From the NCBI GenBank assembly GCA_000708835.1, contig DF237080.1:116991-180990 (forward strand): a stretch of 64,000 nt of DNA, written 5' to 3'. A model generated the notes under the pieces. That model was not told the origin of the DNA. It made no database searches and saw only the letters and a program-made list of their open reading frames with translations. This DNA is from Klebsormidium nitens (taxonomy: Eukaryota > Plantae > Klebsormidiophyceae). Positions within the stretch are counted from its first letter, which is position 1; every line of letters starts with the position of its first letter. A program made the position numbers and the translations under genes. Below, in pieces: positions 61,968-64,000 of this stretch.

Positions 61968-63002
61968 TAGGTACACTGTACAGGTACCTACCGTACGCCG
62001 ACAATAGCGTATGGTTCTGGTCTACCGCCGTGCAGTGCGTCAGTGCATGTACCGTAGTACCGTACTTAGGTACCAGCAGCCTAAGGTTGCGCGTCGACCG
62101 GAAACCTCCGAGGTCATCCCAGGTTTTTGAGCCAATCAGAGGCCTGCTTTTCATAAATATGGGTTTGTAAGCACTGAGGTGATTGTGTCGCCTATATCTA
62201 TCAAATGAGCATCTTTTCTCCTCAAAGAAGCATTGTCGGCAACTGCCACCACTCATGGCCATTGCCTATGTGCTTTGGATAGAGCATTTTGGTGCAGAAT
62301 TGCGTGATATGGGGCGCACAGATGTGGAGGGTTTGCTGCAAACCAAGGCTGAAACCAGGGTTTCCTGAACCACGTGGTCTGACAACATCAAAGTGGGGGG
62401 TGGTTGATTTTCGGTCGACGCGCAACCTAATTCTTGGAGTCAGGCGGGGTGACTGACAAACCCGTGCGGCTGTCAGAATTCTAGTAACTGAAAAGTACTA
62501 GGCCCAGGTCGATTGTGCGGCGAAGGTCTACAAACCGTACACTGTTATTGGCTCATGAGTGTGAGATACTGTACCTCAGGCGCCTCTGCCAATAGTCATA
62601 CCTGCCTCATTCTGACAGGCCCGCCCATGAGATCCCCCAGCTGGGCAAAGATTGTAGGTAGCTGCCCTTGTACTCTGATCATTTTTTGCAGCCAAGCTAG
62701 CAAGCTGCAAACCACCTCGATCTGCAAATGACAGCACGCCTAGTTGCTGTCAGTCTTGCAGCTGAAGTCAAGGAACAAACCGAGCGTTTCAGGCCCTCTC
62801 TGTGGTGGCTTGCTGTCAGCGCGTCAAACAGCGATCTTCTAGCTCCCGAAGGCGCAGCTAGGCCAACATTGGTGGAAACTAGATCTACACTGAAAATGAT
62901 ATTGCCATAGCTGAGTCACGCAGCTAGCACTGTGGCTGTAGCGAGCTAGGAAGGTTGTTCTGATTGAAGCCACTAGGGGCTGTACTTGGGGCGGCTCGGG
63001 CA

Positions 63003-63863
63003 ATGCCTCAGAGAGGGGTTTCGCAGTGCCTATGGCACGGGATTCTTCTACTGGTTCTTGGAGCCGTAATCTCATCCGTATGTTTAGCGGGGCTTTCAAA
63101 CACTGCGGGTGATGTTTCTAGAGCAGAGAACCGCGGAATTTTGTTGACAGCTTTTGATCACAGCGTCAATGGCAGCACGTTTCAGGCGCTTGATAGACGA
63201 GAGCTGCAGATTGCGCTGGAGCAGCTGGATCGAGTGTTGCCCCCGGATCTGCCGATTATGGTAAAAACAAACTGGGAGGGCGCGCAAAACTACCTCCCAC
63301 AGAACGTCTCAAACCGGGTCATCACCTTCTCATCAGACCTCCGAGTCACTGGGAGAGGGATTGGGCAGCAGGGAGAGCGCGAGCTGCAAGCTGGGCCAAG
63401 ACCATTTCTTTGGTGGCGAAAAGTTTCGCCGTCCAGATTAGAATCAGTGGAGCTTTCTAAAAAGGTTCCTGAACATAGTATGGGTGGTGAGCTCCCAGCT
63501 CCCGGCAATTTTACATCCGAGGAGGTTGCGGGTGGCTCCAATTCAGTCTTGCAACCAGTCAAGCTATCCAAGATCCGCTCCTTGGCCGCGGCGCCATTCT
63601 CAGTGACGCTGTATCTAGATCTGGACGCAATGGTCTGCCGGGACCTCTCCTTCCTCTTTGACGTGTTTGAGGAGAGCTCCTTTGAGCTGGCAATCGCGAG
63701 GGATGCGAGCCGGCCGCACGATCTCTACGACTTCAACTCGGGCGTGATTTTGTACAGAAGGACAGCCAGCATGCAGCGCTTCTTCTCTGCCTGGGAGGAG
63801 TACTACTTGTCGTTCTGCGTTGGGAAGGGGTATAGTAATCTTGTAACGATTACGACTGGTTAA
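63003..63863 (+). CDS. Type II membrane GT-A-fold glycosyltransferase (GT8-like / nucleotide-diphospho-sugar transferase); 3' end unresolved
   Basis: TM GILLLVLGAVISSVCLAGL; SKIRSLAAAPFSVTLYLDLD (DxD), CRDLSFLF, DFNSGVILYRR, FFSAWEEYY. No in-frame downstream exon could be established within the window. Confidence 0.75.
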   Translation: MPQRGVSQCLWHGILLLVLGAVISSVCLAGLSNTAGDVSRAENRGILLTAFDHSVNGSTFQALDRRELQIALEQLDRVLPPDLPIMVKTNWEGAQNYLPQNVSNRVITFSSDLRVTGRGIGQQGERELQAGPRPFLWWRKVSPSRLESVELSKKVPEHSMGGELPAPGNFTSEEVAGGSNSVLQPVKLSKIRSLAAAPFSVTLYLDLDAMVCRDLSFLFDVFEESSFELAIARDASRPHDLYDFNSGVILYRRTASMQRFFSAWEEYYLSFCVGKGYSNLVTITTG

Positions 63864-64000
63864 GCCTAACCTCGTTCTCGACAGGATTTCGTTGACCGCG
63901 AGTTAGCGAAACGGCGGTGGTTACGTCTTAACGACGCACTGCGTGGCTGTCTGCAAGACGGCGTAATATCCCGGATGGATCGGCTTTAGTGAGCCGATGT

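Overview
Eukaryotic nuclear DNA, not prokaryotic: intron-rich genes with GT-AG introns and GC3-rich exons. The gene content (thylakoid-type FKBP, P-class PPR, plant-type LRR protein, RGXT-like GT77, plant-type CaM methyltransferase) points to a green plant lineage, most plausibly a streptophyte alga such as Klebsormidium (inference). Gene order: acetyl-CoA synthetase (+, 5' part outside the window); RGXT-like GT77 glycosyltransferase (-); thylakoid FKBP (+); intronless LRR receptor-like protein (-); calmodulin-lysine N-methyltransferase (-); a small HNH/EndoVII-like ORF (-); a protein with a TPX2-like N-terminal motif (+); a hydrophobic-helix/coiled-coil/WD40 gene split by an 872-N gap (+); a large PPR protein (-); a small unknown protein (-); MOG1 (+); a WWE-like + PARP-like ADP-ribosyltransferase (+); a frameshifted SGNH/PC-esterase-like pseudogene (-); and a GT-A glycosyltransferase (+, 3' end unresolved). 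Several MITE-like elements and a 17-bp-direct-repeat-flanked insertion are present. No rRNA, convincing tRNA or CRISPR array was found. The most unusual signals are (1) degenerate tandem copies of the branch point/3' splice site/exon start inside introns of three unrelated genes, (2) an LRR-RLP with an island followed by four LRRs, (3) candidate immune-like genes (helix+WD40 and WWE-PARP), (4) an RG-II-type xylosyltransferase homolog in a probable alga, and (5) an HNH-like ORF in a divergent promoter. All exon models were hand-assembled and checked for reading-frame continuity; family assignments come from remembered motifs, not from database searches.
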